Source: Lobosporangium transversale
Taxonomy: Eukaryota
Length of the DNA stretch: 64,000 nt
NCBI RefSeq assembly: GCF_002105155.1
Contig: NW_019028980.1
Coordinates: forward strand, 62,001-126,000
Direction of reading: 5' to 3'
Shown: positions 49,146 to 61,426 of the stretch, one piece after another
Layout of the letters: each line of letters opens with the position of its first letter
Numbering within the stretch: position 1 is the first letter of the stretch
Made by a program: the position numbers and the translations under genes
The notes under the pieces: model-generated
Database searches by the model: none
What the model was told of the DNA's origin: nothing
What the model saw: the letters and a program-made list of their open reading frames with translations, nothing else

Positions 49146-50177
49146 TTAAAGACGTCGGTTTACATAGAGATATTGGAACACTTCGGGGACATGTATTGTG
49201 CATCTCATCTCCTCAGTGATAGTCCCTTTTTTCTTGTGCTTTTTCTTGCTGTTGCTGCTGCTACTGCTGTGGTTGTTGTTGTTGTTGTTGCTATTGCTGT
49301 TGCTGTCATGGCTATTGCTAATGTCTTTGTGCATAGTACGTTGATCTTTCTTTTCTGTATCATCTTGTGACTGTAAAGGCTGTGGATACACTTCTTGATC
49401 AACTCTGATCTTTTCAATCCGTTCAGTCTTCCATAGGCCACCTCCGAGAGTCCCCTCAGGCCATTCAAATTGTCGGAACCCAGAATAGGAGATGACACAC
49501 CATATCCCATCAGGTTGTTGGATCACTCGAGCAACTTGTTCACAAAGTGTACGGATTTTTGTAGATTGGTCATCATCTCCACAGGAAATGGCGTCGGAAG
49601 TTGATTTGTCAATACATAAATGAAACGTATTGGCAGGTAAGGCAGACATATCGAGGCAATCCATCTCAAGAAATTGGAGAGGACATTCTTCTACTTCCGG
49701 AATAGAGTTGGATAACGGCGACAATGGTAATGCGAGAGAAGGAGGAGGGGAATGTGATGCTGGATGTGATGATATTGATATTGGTGATGGTAATGGAGCG
49801 GAAGGAGATGTATTAGAACTGAGGGTTGACGCGTTTGTTCCGATGTCCGTAGAGCTGTTAGACAAAGGTTTGGGTGGTGAGGATAATGATCGCCATTGGA
49901 TTGCGGCTTCACATCGTTGCCTCATCCGATCAACAACCGAACGGACATAATCAATACTGGTGACATGATGATAACCTAACCGATAGAGATCAAGTGGTAA
50001 ATCTGAGTTGCCGCAACCAAGGTTTAGAATCTTGACAGAGTGATCTTTTGGTAACAAATCTAATCGCTGCATGTAAGGTTCGAGTGCATCCCAAGACATG
50101 AGCCATTCAAATGAAGGCTCTTGATCAAAGCGTTGTGCCCAGTACTCTTGCTTGTCAAATGGAATGGCAATAGACAT
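49146..50177 (-). CDS. Class I SAM-dependent methyltransferase, EEF1AKMT4/METTL13-N-like (~343 aa)
   Basis: Motifs EYWAQRF..FEW, motif I ILNLGCGNS, VTSIDY, MDCLDM and IDKSTSDAI, with Ser/Pro-rich and Asn/Ser/Lys-rich insertions. Confidence 0.85.
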   Translation of the reverse strand: MSIAIPFDKQEYWAQRFDQEPSFEWLMSWDALEPYMQRLDLLPKDHSVKILNLGCGNSDLPLDLYRLGYHHVTSIDYVRSVVDRMRQRCEAAIQWRSLSSPPKPLSNSSTDIGTNASTLSSNTSPSAPLPSPISISSHPASHSPPPSLALPLSPLSNSIPEVEECPLQFLEMDCLDMSALPANTFHLCIDKSTSDAISCGDDDQSTKIRTLCEQVARVIQQPDGIWCVISYSGFRQFEWPEGTLGGGLWKTERIEKIRVDQEVYPQPLQSQDDTEKKDQRTMHKDISNSHDSNSNSNNNNNNHSSSSSNSKKKHKKKGTITEEMRCTIHVPEVFQYLYVNRRL

Positions 50178-50362
50178 GATTGTCAATTGTTGTCGTTTTT
50201 GTTGTTGTTGTTGTAAAAAAAAAAAAAAAAAAGTTAACTGCTGCGCCTACTGAAAAGAATTATGTCATTTGGTGGTTATTCAAACACTAGCATTGACCTC
50301 CACAATTCTTGACAGACACCTCGAAACTAATTAATGCTCAATTGATTCTCCAACTAATCAAA

Positions 50363-51389
50363 ATGGTTCATGGAGAAAAATATATCAATGCTGAAGAGAT
50401 TGTAAAGCACAAGGATGGTCGAATTGATCTTTGTAAGGAACAAAAGTCTTTTTTTTTTATTTTTTTATTTTTTTATTTATTTATTTATTTAAAATAAAGT
50501 CGTTTCTGACCCCCAAGTTTTTTTTTTTTTTTTTTTTTTTTTCAATTTTATACTTAGTCAACACTATCCTTGCCCGAAAGGATAAGAATTCTCAAATCCC
50601 TGTTCTTGCTGAAACAAAGACAGCTTCAGTGTCACAGCCATTACCACTGTTACCATCCGCCCCTATGCCAGGAAAATACCGAAAATTATTACCAGCCTCA
50701 GCACCATCTACAATCATCAACAAAGTTGACTCTAGCCCAGTTTCAGACTTAAAAGAAGCAGAAGGAGACACAGGGACTATAGCTTCATTTTCTAGAAAAC
50801 GCTTATCAAGCCCCCCATCCCCAACAACAACACCAAGCAGTATTGGTATAAACACGACAGTCAATAGTAAAATTAGTAGTAGTAACGATATTGGTAGCAG
50901 CAAGGATGGATCATACGCAAGGCTAAGGAAAGTTTATAAAGTGACTACAACACCAATAGGAGAGGGTCATAGTCACGGATATTTGGATATCTTCAAGGGA
51001 TATGTCGAACAACCATCGACTGTTCCAGCAGAAATTGCGTACTGGCACGATCATGAGCATCTTATTATTAAGGATGCTTATCCAAAGGTATTTTAATGTT
51101 TATGCTTGATATTCGCTCCATTTTCTTTTCAAAAAGAATTAAAAAAAGACGACATAAAAGAAAAATAATTATTGTTTTTATTTTTTGTTTAAGAGTAAAG
51201 TACATATGCTAGTTCTGCCGAGACAAAGGATTGACAAACTGGACAAGTTGTCAAGTACTAGCGGGATCACTCTCATCCAGCGCTTAAAAGAACGTGCTCA
51301 CTGGCTTGTGACGAGGTAGCATTTTTATTTTTTTTATTTTTTGACTTTGCAGCATTACATATCATTTATGGTGCTTAAATATTTTCTCG

Positions 51390-51422
<33 letters not shown>

Positions 51423-51580
51423 CATCTCAGGTTAAAGGAGGAATCACCAGAGCTCGAGCTTAAGATAGGGTTCCATGTTATCCCAAGTTTAATGTGAGTC
51501 CTATATACCTGACCTATTAAAGGCATATTACTGTATATTTTATATACCTAATTTTCTTTTTTTTTTTTTTGCTCTTTTTC

Positions 51581-51620
<40 letters not shown>

Positions 51621-51942
51621 TTTGGGGGGGGGGGTGATTATAAGGCAATTGCATTTGCATGTTATCTCACAGGACTTTTGTGGTACAGGATTGACAAAGA
51701 AACGCCATTGGAATACGTTTACAACACCATTTTTTATTACACCTGATGAAGTGATTACGATCCTTCAACAGCGAGGATCTTTCATATTAAGTCCTCAAGA
51801 CGTTATTAATTATGAAGCCATGTCAAAACGCGACTTAAAATGCAATCAATGTAAGGAAACCCTCAAAAATATGCCCATGCTCAAAAAACATCTTGAGGAA
51901 CATTATCTCAAGAAAAAGGAAAGAGTAGGCGCCATGAAGTAA
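50363..51942 (+). CDS. HNT3: Aprataxin-like HIT/zinc-finger DNA 5'-adenylate hydrolase (~360 aa); exons 50363-50432, 50558-51087, 51194-51315, 51431-51493, 51645-51942
   Basis: Spliced motifs IKDAYPKSKVHMLVLPR, GFHVIPSLMQLHLHVISQDF, KKRHWNTFTTPFF and the C2H2 finger CNQC...HLEEH. All intron phases are consistent; the 5' start is uncertain. Confidence 0.9.
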
Positions 51943-52118
51943 CACTGAGAGTATCAAGGATGAACTCAGTCGGAATAAAATGACAAACATCTAGTCCTTC
52001 AAGGCTTGTAAAAAAAAAGAAAAGAAAAGAAAAGAAAAATAAAACCGAGGGAAAAGTCAATTTTATCTCACCATGCAGATGTAACGGTGAATACAAAAGT
52101 GTAAAATGCAAATGTATG

Positions 52119-52152
<34 letters not shown>

Positions 52153-52233
52153 ATATTTGATGCAGAAATGTTATAATGAAAAATGTGTATTGTGATGAAT
52201 GCGTGTGTTTGGGAGAGAGGATGAGTAAGAGAT

Positions 52234-53499
52234 CTAGTCCTTGGCTTTCTTTTCTTTCTTTTCTTTCTTCTCCTTCTTGTCCTTCTTATCCTTCTCGACC
52301 TTTTCACCCTTCTCTTTCTTTTCCTTCTTCTCCTTCTTCTCCTTCTTCTCCTTCTTGGCCTTCTTCCCTTCTGTTACATCCTCTTCTGAATGTTCTATCT
52401 TTCTCTTGGCAGGTCTACTTGCTTCTTGTGCTTCTGTTTCTTCTCCTTCGCCTTCTTCCTCCTTTTCTTCTTGGTGGTTAGCTACGGCAGTAGAAGCCTT
52501 CATAGTTTCCTCAGCCTCGGCTACTTCTTCCTCCCCTTCTTCCTCCTCTTCCTCCATCTCATCTTGCCCCGCATCTTCTTCCATCTCCTCCTCTAATGCC
52601 TGTTGTTCCCTCAAAAGCTCCTCCTCTGCATCACGCTGACGCTTCTCTAACGTTTTTTTCCATCGTTCCGCAAATTCCTTGCCTGATCCAGATAGTTTAG
52701 CCCCCGGTACCTGGGTATCGAAACCTGCAAACTTGAATCTCATCTTCAATCCTTCGGGCTGTTGTCTTTTGGGAACGGGTCTAGACAAAATCTCTTCTGC
52801 CATGGGTGCTCCAGAAGGGATGGTGGGGTGTGCAACCAATGCCAGATGATGTTTAATGCCGAGAGGCGCTTGAACAAGTTGTCCTCCTTTAGATGAATCA
52901 GGTACAAGTGGCTGAAGCGCCAGCATCTCTCCTGCAAATCCTGAATCAGGCGTGACAGCCTCTAGTTGATATTTGACGGTCGAGGTAGAAGTTGAAGTTG
53001 ATGATGAAGACTCTTTCTTCTTCAGTGCACCCTGAATAGGATGACCTGCTGTAGATGGGAGTGTAATAGACATCGTGGCCAGATCTTCATTAGAAATGCC
53101 TTCTGGGACTCGGATCAACCAAAGTTCGTGCTTCACTGTCTCATCCATATCAAATACTGAAAGGGAATTCTTCTTGGCTTTATATAATGAAAAATCCTTG
53201 GGTGGTTTATAATCCCTATATAAAAGAGGCCCAGTAGCATTATGAAAGGCGGTAATAGGATAATTGGCGATATGAAAAAGAGGAGGAGGATTGGAAAGAG
53301 GTGTCAGAATAATAATAACAACAATGAGTTTTACGTTTCATTCAAAAAAAAAAAAAAAAAAAAAAAACTGCTCCTAATGTCGCCACAACACAATTCCTCC
53401 ATCGTCATCTTAAAAGATACCGTACAGGTTCTTAATGACTCCCTCATCATCACTTGACTCGATGTCGCTGTTGATATTCTCCCTTGATTTTGGCGCCAT
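52234..53499 (-). CDS. RPA34: RNA polymerase I subunit RPA34/A34.5 (~351 aa); exons 53499-53426 and 53215-52234
   Basis: Motifs DYKPPKDF, ELWLIRVPEG and KRQQPEGLKMRF, followed by an acidic tract and a KKE-repeat tail. Confidence 0.85.
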
Positions 53500-53715
53500 T
53501 ATGAATAGAATAGTGTGCGTGGTAAGAGCGACAAATGAAGTACATGGTCTTTTTTTTTTTTTTTTTTCCTGTTTTTTGTTTGTATTCGTGACTGTGGGTG
53601 GGTATGATAGTTAAAATAAATACACGTGAGAGATCAATGCCATAAAATATAAAATGTATTTTTTTTCTATGTTGGATAAAAAAATAGGGACTAATTCACT
53701 AACTAATAATCGCAT

Positions 53716-54455
53716 CTATGCCTTTGTTTCTTCCTTGTTGTCTTGAGATTTGGCATGTGCATCCAAATTCATGACCAACAGTGTAGGATTCATGTTCAAT
53801 AACTGTACAAGCCGTCCACCTCCAGCCTGACTCAACAATCCAGCCAACTGTGATCGCAGTGTTTGGATACCAGGCATCTCTACCATCTTCTTCATATCTT
53901 CTACACTCACAAGGGCATCATCGATCTTGCCTCCCAATAAGATCATTTTATGATGCTTTTCCACCACTTTCCTGATCCCTTCCAGCCCTTGGGGGACCTT
54001 TGCCCTTGCCTTGCCCTCTTCTTCTTCTTCAGGAGAAATATTACAGCTGATCACACAGGTAGGACCATTGACCAATGGTGCCAAGTTCGCGTAACGGGTT
54101 TCTCTTAACGCAGCCGAGAAGATACCAAGGCGAACAATCTTCATTTGAGCGCCAGCGGCCGCAAGGTCTGTACGAAGCCGAACTAATTCTGGAACTGACA
54201 TGTTGTTGTGTTGGCAGATCAACAAAATTCGGTTGGATTCTAGAAGTTCGGTGTATGTGTGATGAAGAAATGTCTTTTGTGGATGAAACTCCTTGCCATA
54301 GTTGGTGAGTCGTTTACCAGACGCTGCTGCTGCCTCTCTCCTTGCTTTCAGGGCTGCTGCTGATAACTTTGTTGGAATCCGTGCAGTCGCCGTAGTAGCA
54401 TCTTAATAAGATCATAGTGAAAAGAAAAGAGGAAAGCATCTACAAGTCATTAGTC

Positions 54456-54490
<35 letters not shown>

Positions 54491-54616
54491 GCATCAACCG
54501 AAAAAAATAAAAACATTAAAATAAATTATTGTTTACTGATCATTACATGTACGGACGGCAGTCAGAGACAGCCCCGATCTTGTGATAATTCCTAGAGTTG
54601 ACATCAGATAGCGCAT
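53716..54616 (-). CDS. Mitochondrial ribosomal protein uL10m (~251 aa); exons 54616-54547 and 54401-53716
   Basis: Presequence-like N-terminus (MRYLMSTLGIITRSGLSLTAVRTYATT) and uL10 motifs QHNNM, LAPLVNGPT, ILLGGKID and MPGIQTLRSQLAGLL. Confidence 0.85.
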
Positions 54617-55524
54617 GGATTAGCGATAAAGATAAAAATCGCCTTAATCGAAGTAAATCGTTATTTAATGCTCCAGAATAGCTTTATTTCCAGAGTAGTG
54701 CTTTTTGAACTTTGGTCTTTCATTCCAGCGTCATTTATCGCTCCTTGTGATCAGTGATGGTTTACTCTGTAGTCCTGCATGATTAAAAAAGGATGAGCTC
54801 AGCATGCAGACATCAGTCAGTTGCATACCTCTAGCAGAGAACATCCCTGGCAAGTATGTATATATACTAATGGCGATGAATAAGAGAGAGGGAGAGGCGT
54901 CCTTGGCTGTCCGGAATTTCTTGGACGATAGTAATGGGGGGGTTAACTGTGTTTATCATCCACGAGCGGCTTAGCTCACACTTGATCCGTAGCAAAAAAC
55001 ATCACGTGCCGCTAGGATCCTCATGAGAGACAGGACGCGTCTTTTGAATATCAATTTTCTCGGTACCTCTGGACTGTCTTTCTTAAAAAATGAATACATG
55101 AAGAATTGCACTGTGCTCACTTCACTACAATTTTTTTCTTGACCAAAGAGGTAGGTGTAAAATAATAAATATCCTATATTTTCTCCAACAAGTTATATAA
55201 CCACGAGCCAAGAAAGCCTCACTAGACAATCTAGACTAGAGTGGCCGTGGCGAAGTCATGGGTCGCCTATCTTGTTTCAACGAAAATCTTTATTGCTCAA
55301 ACAGCGTTTAACATTCTTTTTTTTTCTATATATCCTTTATATTCTTTTTAATTAAATCAATTCATTTCAATCCGTACTCTTTTTCTTTCCATTCCTAAAC
55401 ACATAGAATGGTTGAATGAAACTGCAATACAAGCACTAAAATAGATTCAGGTTAGTCCTTTAACCTGAGTGCTCGGGACATGCTTTTTTTTTTTTTTTTT
55501 TTTTCATTCGTTTTCATTATATGC

Positions 55525-58500
55525 TCATCCAGAACCCCCACGACCACGGCCACGACCGCCGCGTGCTCCCCGTGATGCCCAGTTCTTGTTATTACGCGAA
55601 TCATCTGAATCACGATATTCATCGCGGTCCCCCCCTCCACGTTGACCGCTCAATCCAGCACGGCCACCTCCCCGGTAGGTCCCTCGCCCTCCGCGTCCAC
55701 CACGAGGTGCGAAGCCACCACGACCGTTACGACTGCCACCACGACCGCCGCGACCCCCACGACTATCGCGGAAATTGCTGTCGCATGGCTGGTACGAGTT
55801 ATCATCTTCATTTCGATAGCTATTGCTTTGATTTCTTGAATGACTATTGTTCTGATCTGGATAGTAATCATCATTGCTACCACTTAGAGAAGAACGACGG
55901 CCATTATAATGATGCTTAATCACGCGATCATCGTTATCCACACTATCCTCCCTGCGGCGCTTAGAGTTTTCATTATTGTAACTGTAGTCGCTAGAATTTG
56001 AGTCAGTTTGATCCCAATTTCGATCACGTAAATTTCCTCCACTGGAATAGGTTCGGCTGTCACGGTTATTACTATCGTTCCAGTTACTGCTATAAGCATA
56101 GCTATCATAAGAGTCTCGTCTATTATTACTCACAGACGAAGATCCTGTTCTTTCTGGGAGACCGGGGTTATCTCTACTATCCCTTCGGTTTGGGTCATTG
56201 CCATTGTAGTCACCATACTGGTTGTCATTACCCTTGCTTTCAATGTAAACCCTCTGTTGGTCTGTTAACGGAACCTGTGAAAGCAGCTGATCTAGCTGGG
56301 AGGGAAGAGGTGCTCTTCCATGAGGCACACTTTGGTGTGATGGCTGGTTTCCTGGATTTATTGGAGGTATAGCAGGAGAGACAGGCGGTATAAGAGGCAT
56401 AGCACCCAGTCTTGGCAAAACGGGGGGTGGAGGTGGAGGCATCATCATATTTGGTAATTGAGCATGCTGCATTGCTGGTGTCATACCACCTAATTGTGCC
56501 ATCGGCATACTCATACCCATTCCCAAGTTTAACGCAGCTGAGCCATATGATTGCTGTGGCAGTTGAGGTTGAAATTGCTGTTGAACTGCCTGAGATAATT
56601 GAGCAAGATGAGGCATCAAAGCCATTAACCCAGAAGCGGTGGGCTCTCCAGAATTAACTCCTGAACCATCAGTAGCACTGGCCTGCATCGCCGCTTTACT
56701 CTGCTGTTGGACTTGACTCTATGATGAGACACATGAAAATAGTAAATTATGTGGGGAATTGATACAACAATTAGCTTTTTACCTCTTCCTAATTGAAAGT
56801 ATCTCCAACAGGCTATTTCATACATGCACTTACCAGAAGATGAAGCAATTGTTGCACTTGGGTTTCAGCATTATTCTTTTGAGGTTCCGGCACAGCTGGC
56901 GGGCCCGGTGATATATCCGGACCCATAGGTTTCGATAAGGTCAACGGAGAATCAGCAGTTGAGTATGCCGGTTGCGCTAGTTGTGCTGGGCTCGTGGGAC
57001 TAGATGAGTACTCTGATCTCATCCCAACTTGACGAAAATCAGACGGCAGCGTTTGCGAAACCGGTGCTAGATGATTCAGTTGAGGAGTTTGTGGAGGGTT
57101 CAATGCTTTCAAGCGAGGGTCTTGAAGTGTCTGCTGTCCGTAATTAGAAGGGTTAAGATTGACCGGCATTGATGAAGTAGGAACATTGTCGGCGCGCATA
57201 ATGATATTGTTCATTAGCTATGAAATGGTAAAGACAATTTTGTATGAGTCGTAAAAGTACATTTTTAGAAAAAGAAGTAAACATTACGGAAATGGGCGCA
57301 TGTCCTCAAGCCTTTACCTGCTGTGTCTTCTGCGCTTGTTCCATACGTTCCTGCATTGTCATACCAAGTGAATTGAACTGTGGTGTTAACGGAGAATTAC
57401 TGACATTCAGTGTGCTCAGTTGATTTTGTATAGGTATGGTTGGCAAAAACTGCTGGAAAATAGGAACCGGTGGAGGTGGCAATCCAGCTATTGCAATATG
57501 GGGTGGCTGGACATAACCTTGTAGCTGGTTCGCTTCATGGGGATTCGGAACTGCTAGGCAGAGATGAGGGCAAAGTAGATAGAATAAGTAATATAGTCAC
57601 TCAAGTATGTCGACTATTGTCCTGACGAACAAATGTGCTCTTGTTCGGTTATCTTGTTGAAATAAACTACCTTTAGGTGAGATATCCCGTCCACGATAAT
57701 CATAAGACCTATCTTTCCGGTCATAGTCATTACTCCTGTCACGAGTCCTATCACTATCTCTGCTGAAGTCTCTATCATCTCGGTTGTTATTTCGGTTGCG
57801 ATCTCTATCATAGTCCAAATCACGACCACGCTCTCGGTCGCGATCTCGATCTCGATCTCGATCACGGCTTCGATCATAATCACGACTATCTTTATCTCGA
57901 TCACGACCTCGATCTCTTCCTCTATCGATGTCGATCCTTCCCCCTCTCTTATAATCAGTACCGCGAGAGTTATCCCTTCTATCGCGTGAGTTACTTCTTC
58001 TTTCAGGAGAGTGATTTCTTCTTTCACGCGAGCTATCTCTCTCGTCACGCGAGTTATCCTGACGATCGCGCGAACTATCTCTTCTACCACGATACTTATC
58101 TGGACTATCACGACGATCATGACGATCTCGACGATTGTCTAAATCCTGGTGGTCAGATCGATACCGATCTCTCGAATCATCTCTGTTCCGCCGGTTTTTA
58201 TTGTCATGTTCCCTATCACGGAAATCATCCCGATTAGCAGGCCGGTAGGTTGAGGATTCACCTTGCCGCTTCTGATTTTTGTTATTGAGACTATTAAAGC
58301 TCTTTCTTTCAGGAGAGGCCGAACGGTCTCGGTTATACTTTCCACCGCGTGATTTCTGGCGGTCATTTCGCTCAAGACGGTCCTGTTGTTGATACTGATG
58401 CTTTGCAGTTATAAGTAAGTAGCTCGGTGTTCTAAGTATTGAAATAAATTAATAAAAAATACTAAAAATTAAATAATGAGGGAGGAAAGGCATACAATTA

Positions 58501-60707
58501 ATTAAATGCCTCAGCAATGCTCTGCTTACACAGTAACTTCATCCCAGGCATAATAACATTCGATCTTGCCATCCTTCAAATATTTTCCATGGGAATCATG
58601 ATATGCTTTAACAGTGTGACGAATATCAAAGAACTCCAGGATTCGAGGACTAAAAAATGGTGATGAAAGACACAGCACAGTATAAATAACATTGAAGTCA
58701 GAATATATCGCTACAAGGATGTCATATTCAATAAGATGTACTCACAACTTGTTACTATTGGGTGGACGGATTCTTCTGACCTCGCCATACTGAGAGAAAA
58801 ATTGTTCCAGCTCCTGATCACTCACACTAGCTCCATCAATACCTTTAATATTGATTGAAAGCGAGCCCTTAAAAAGAGATAAAGCACAGTATTATTAGCT
58901 ATTATAGGCCATCTCTTCAAAATAAAGCGATAGTAGCCGACACTATTGTGGACTGTAAAATGTGCATTACATTGGAATCTTTCTCCTCGCAGGCCCGTTT
59001 GGAACTATCGTTTCCTTGAAGTGCAAAATGGACATCAAGCTAAATGGAGGGGGGGGGGGGGGGGGAAATCGCAATGAGGGCTAGAGAAATCATGATACAA
59101 GTGATAAAGTCGATAATGAATTGGTTGAGCATGTTACTTACTGCGCGATCATGCAAAATAGTTCCATGAGCTTCTTTTTTGGCATATTCTGCAGCACGGA
59201 TATCGAACTAGGATACAAACACATGTTTAGAATTAATAACAGCATCAAGAACTGTCGTGTATATTTAACTACCCTTAATTGGTTGACTACACAAAAAGAC
59301 ATACATATCTGATAAAAGCCATGCCACGATCTTGGATCTTATCGCATAGACTTTGAATTTCTCCGTATGGCTCGAATAATTTCCTTACTTCATCTGCCTG
59401 AGCAGCATACTTGGTTTGTAGAATTGTAAGAAGGTAAGGAAAAAAAATAAAAAGTCAGGTATAAGAACTATGTTCAATATACATAGCTTTCAACGCAGAC
59501 ACTAAGTCATATCAATATCTTTGAGACTTACGCCCAGATTGCGAATAAATAAGGAGCGATTTAAACTTTCTCTGCTTAGACGCTCTTTAATGAGAACTTG
59601 CTCTTTGCTGAGTTTCTTGAGTCTCTCATTCTTTTCAGCATCTATGAAAAGAATAACATCGTATTCGATAGCGAAATACAAACGATGGGAGTGAACGTGA
59701 GCCAAACAAAAATAATAATAAAAGGGGGTGAAGAGATGGAAGAGATGAAAAAAGGGCAGCTTATAGGTGCATCTTCACTTGAAACCGTAATACTAATCCT
59801 TAAGGAAGTCTGTTGCGTCGAGTAAGCATTCCTGTAATGTATAACTATTGTGTTTTCTGGTACCCTCACATACTGAACATTATATTTTTGTCTTCCTAAT
59901 GTATGCATGTATGCTATCCAAGCTGATAAAGATACGAGACCAGGTGTTTCCCGAGAAAAGTGATTTTTTATTTGAGTGCTTCTTACCTGTTTGGCTTAGA
60001 TCGTCTTGATACCTATCATCGGTCGGGGCCTGCGCATCCACTTCCACTTTATATGCATTGGCATATTGCTCATATCCATGTGGCTGTTCATAATAATGAA
60101 GCATTGATTCACCATTCTGAGGAACGCTCCATCCTCCTGATTCACCTTGTCCTGTGCCATAAGCGCTTTCACTTTTCACATTTGTATATCCAATGTTACC
60201 CAGCATGTATGCGTCAGTTCCGAAGGTATTTGAAGCAGCGTTTGATTCTTCATTGCTGTATGGATTGCCTGGACCATTATTAAAAGCAGGATTCGCAATA
60301 TTTCCCTGTCTGAAGTACGTAGTCGATCCTTGTAGTGGTTCCAATGAGCGAAAGTGATCAAACATTGGACGGGTTGAGGTTTGCAAAGGATGATACCCTT
60401 CAGGTCTAAGCACTTTTTCAGCTTCGAAATTCTGCTGCTGATATGGCCCTCCGCCCATAACATCCACAGGGTTTTCTCGGTGCTGGACCCCTTGTGGCAG
60501 CATACTGATGCTACTGTCCGAAGAATAGGTCTGATTTGCGTATGAATTTTGGGGAATGACATCTGACCCACCTGCCTTAAGTGAGATCAAAATTCCACCC
60601 GTATGAGTGTTGTAGCCACTGTTCGCTCCAACAATGTTTTTATTTGCTCCTTCATTGGCATCCATGCCCACCACAGGTGGTTCGGCTGAGCTGCTGGTTT
60701 GGCTCAT
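55525..60707 (-). CDS. Multi-exon RNA-binding protein: two Mei2-like RRMs, then RD/RE-rich, Pro/Gln-rich and RGG regions (exon boundaries only partly resolved)
   Basis: Exon translations: RSLFIRNL / EVRKLFEPYGEIQSLCDKIQDRGMAFIRY / FDIRAAEYAK / LDVHFA / GSLSINIK...ELEQFFSQYGEVRRIR / LEFFDIRHTVKAY. An RD-rich exon lies at ~58431-57676, and the last exon ends RGGRGRGRGGSG. Linking the first exon (from ATG 60707) is inferred. Confidence 0.75.
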
Positions 60708-61426
60708 TTCAGTATTTTTTTCGATAATACTTTTTTGTTTGTGGATACGTCCTTAGTTCGGATTGTCACAATACACTCGCTTTCTTGCACTCTCAGTACA
60801 AGTCTTTTTTTTTTTTTCTAGTGTTCGTTTCAACGTTGCGTCACAGATTGCGAGGTATGGAAAGTCTCTCCTTTTCCTCAACACTTAGTCGATGAGGTTG
60901 TTTGTTGACACCAAATGTGTCAATGAAGATCGCTGTTTGTCCTGATCTGAATTCGTGTCTTTTCTCTTAGTCTCTTTTGCCCTCCTCTTTCTAATGGAGG
61001 GAATCAGGGAACAGCGGGAGGAGAAGGGATAACCTTGAGATACTTTCGCCCCTAGCTCTCTTTTTGCTCTCAGATGGTGCGATGGTAAAGGAGGGCCCTT
61101 GAGTTTGATGAGGACTGTGATAGAATACGGGATCTCTCCTTGCTTTACTTATCGTTCAGTCAAAAAGGCTTTTTCCAGTGGCTTGGACATCCAAAAAAAA
61201 AAAAAAAAAAAAAAAAGACTTGAACAATGGTGACGCTTCTTTGCGTTTTTGGTTTTTTGGGCGATGCATGTTGGAGGCAATGCCTTTTCGAACCTCTATA
61301 AATATCGGTGATTCCCACTTCACAACCTATCACATTAAAAAACACACTTGATATCGTATTCTTCACCTCTCTTGTCGTCTTGTCTTGCGTACCCATTTTC
61401 AATCCCGTTTTATTTAGTGCCCAGCC

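Noticed and set aside
23881..51942. Genome-maintenance cluster (XPA-like F-box, condensin, oxygenase, aprataxin)
   Set aside because: Co-location is compatible with chance, and the oxygenase looks P4H-like rather than AlkB-like.
54975..54990. ACTTGATC, resembling part of a TPP riboswitch
   Set aside because: The other conserved aptamer elements (the CTGAGA junction and the ATAAT loop) are missing, and there is no thiamine gene nearby.
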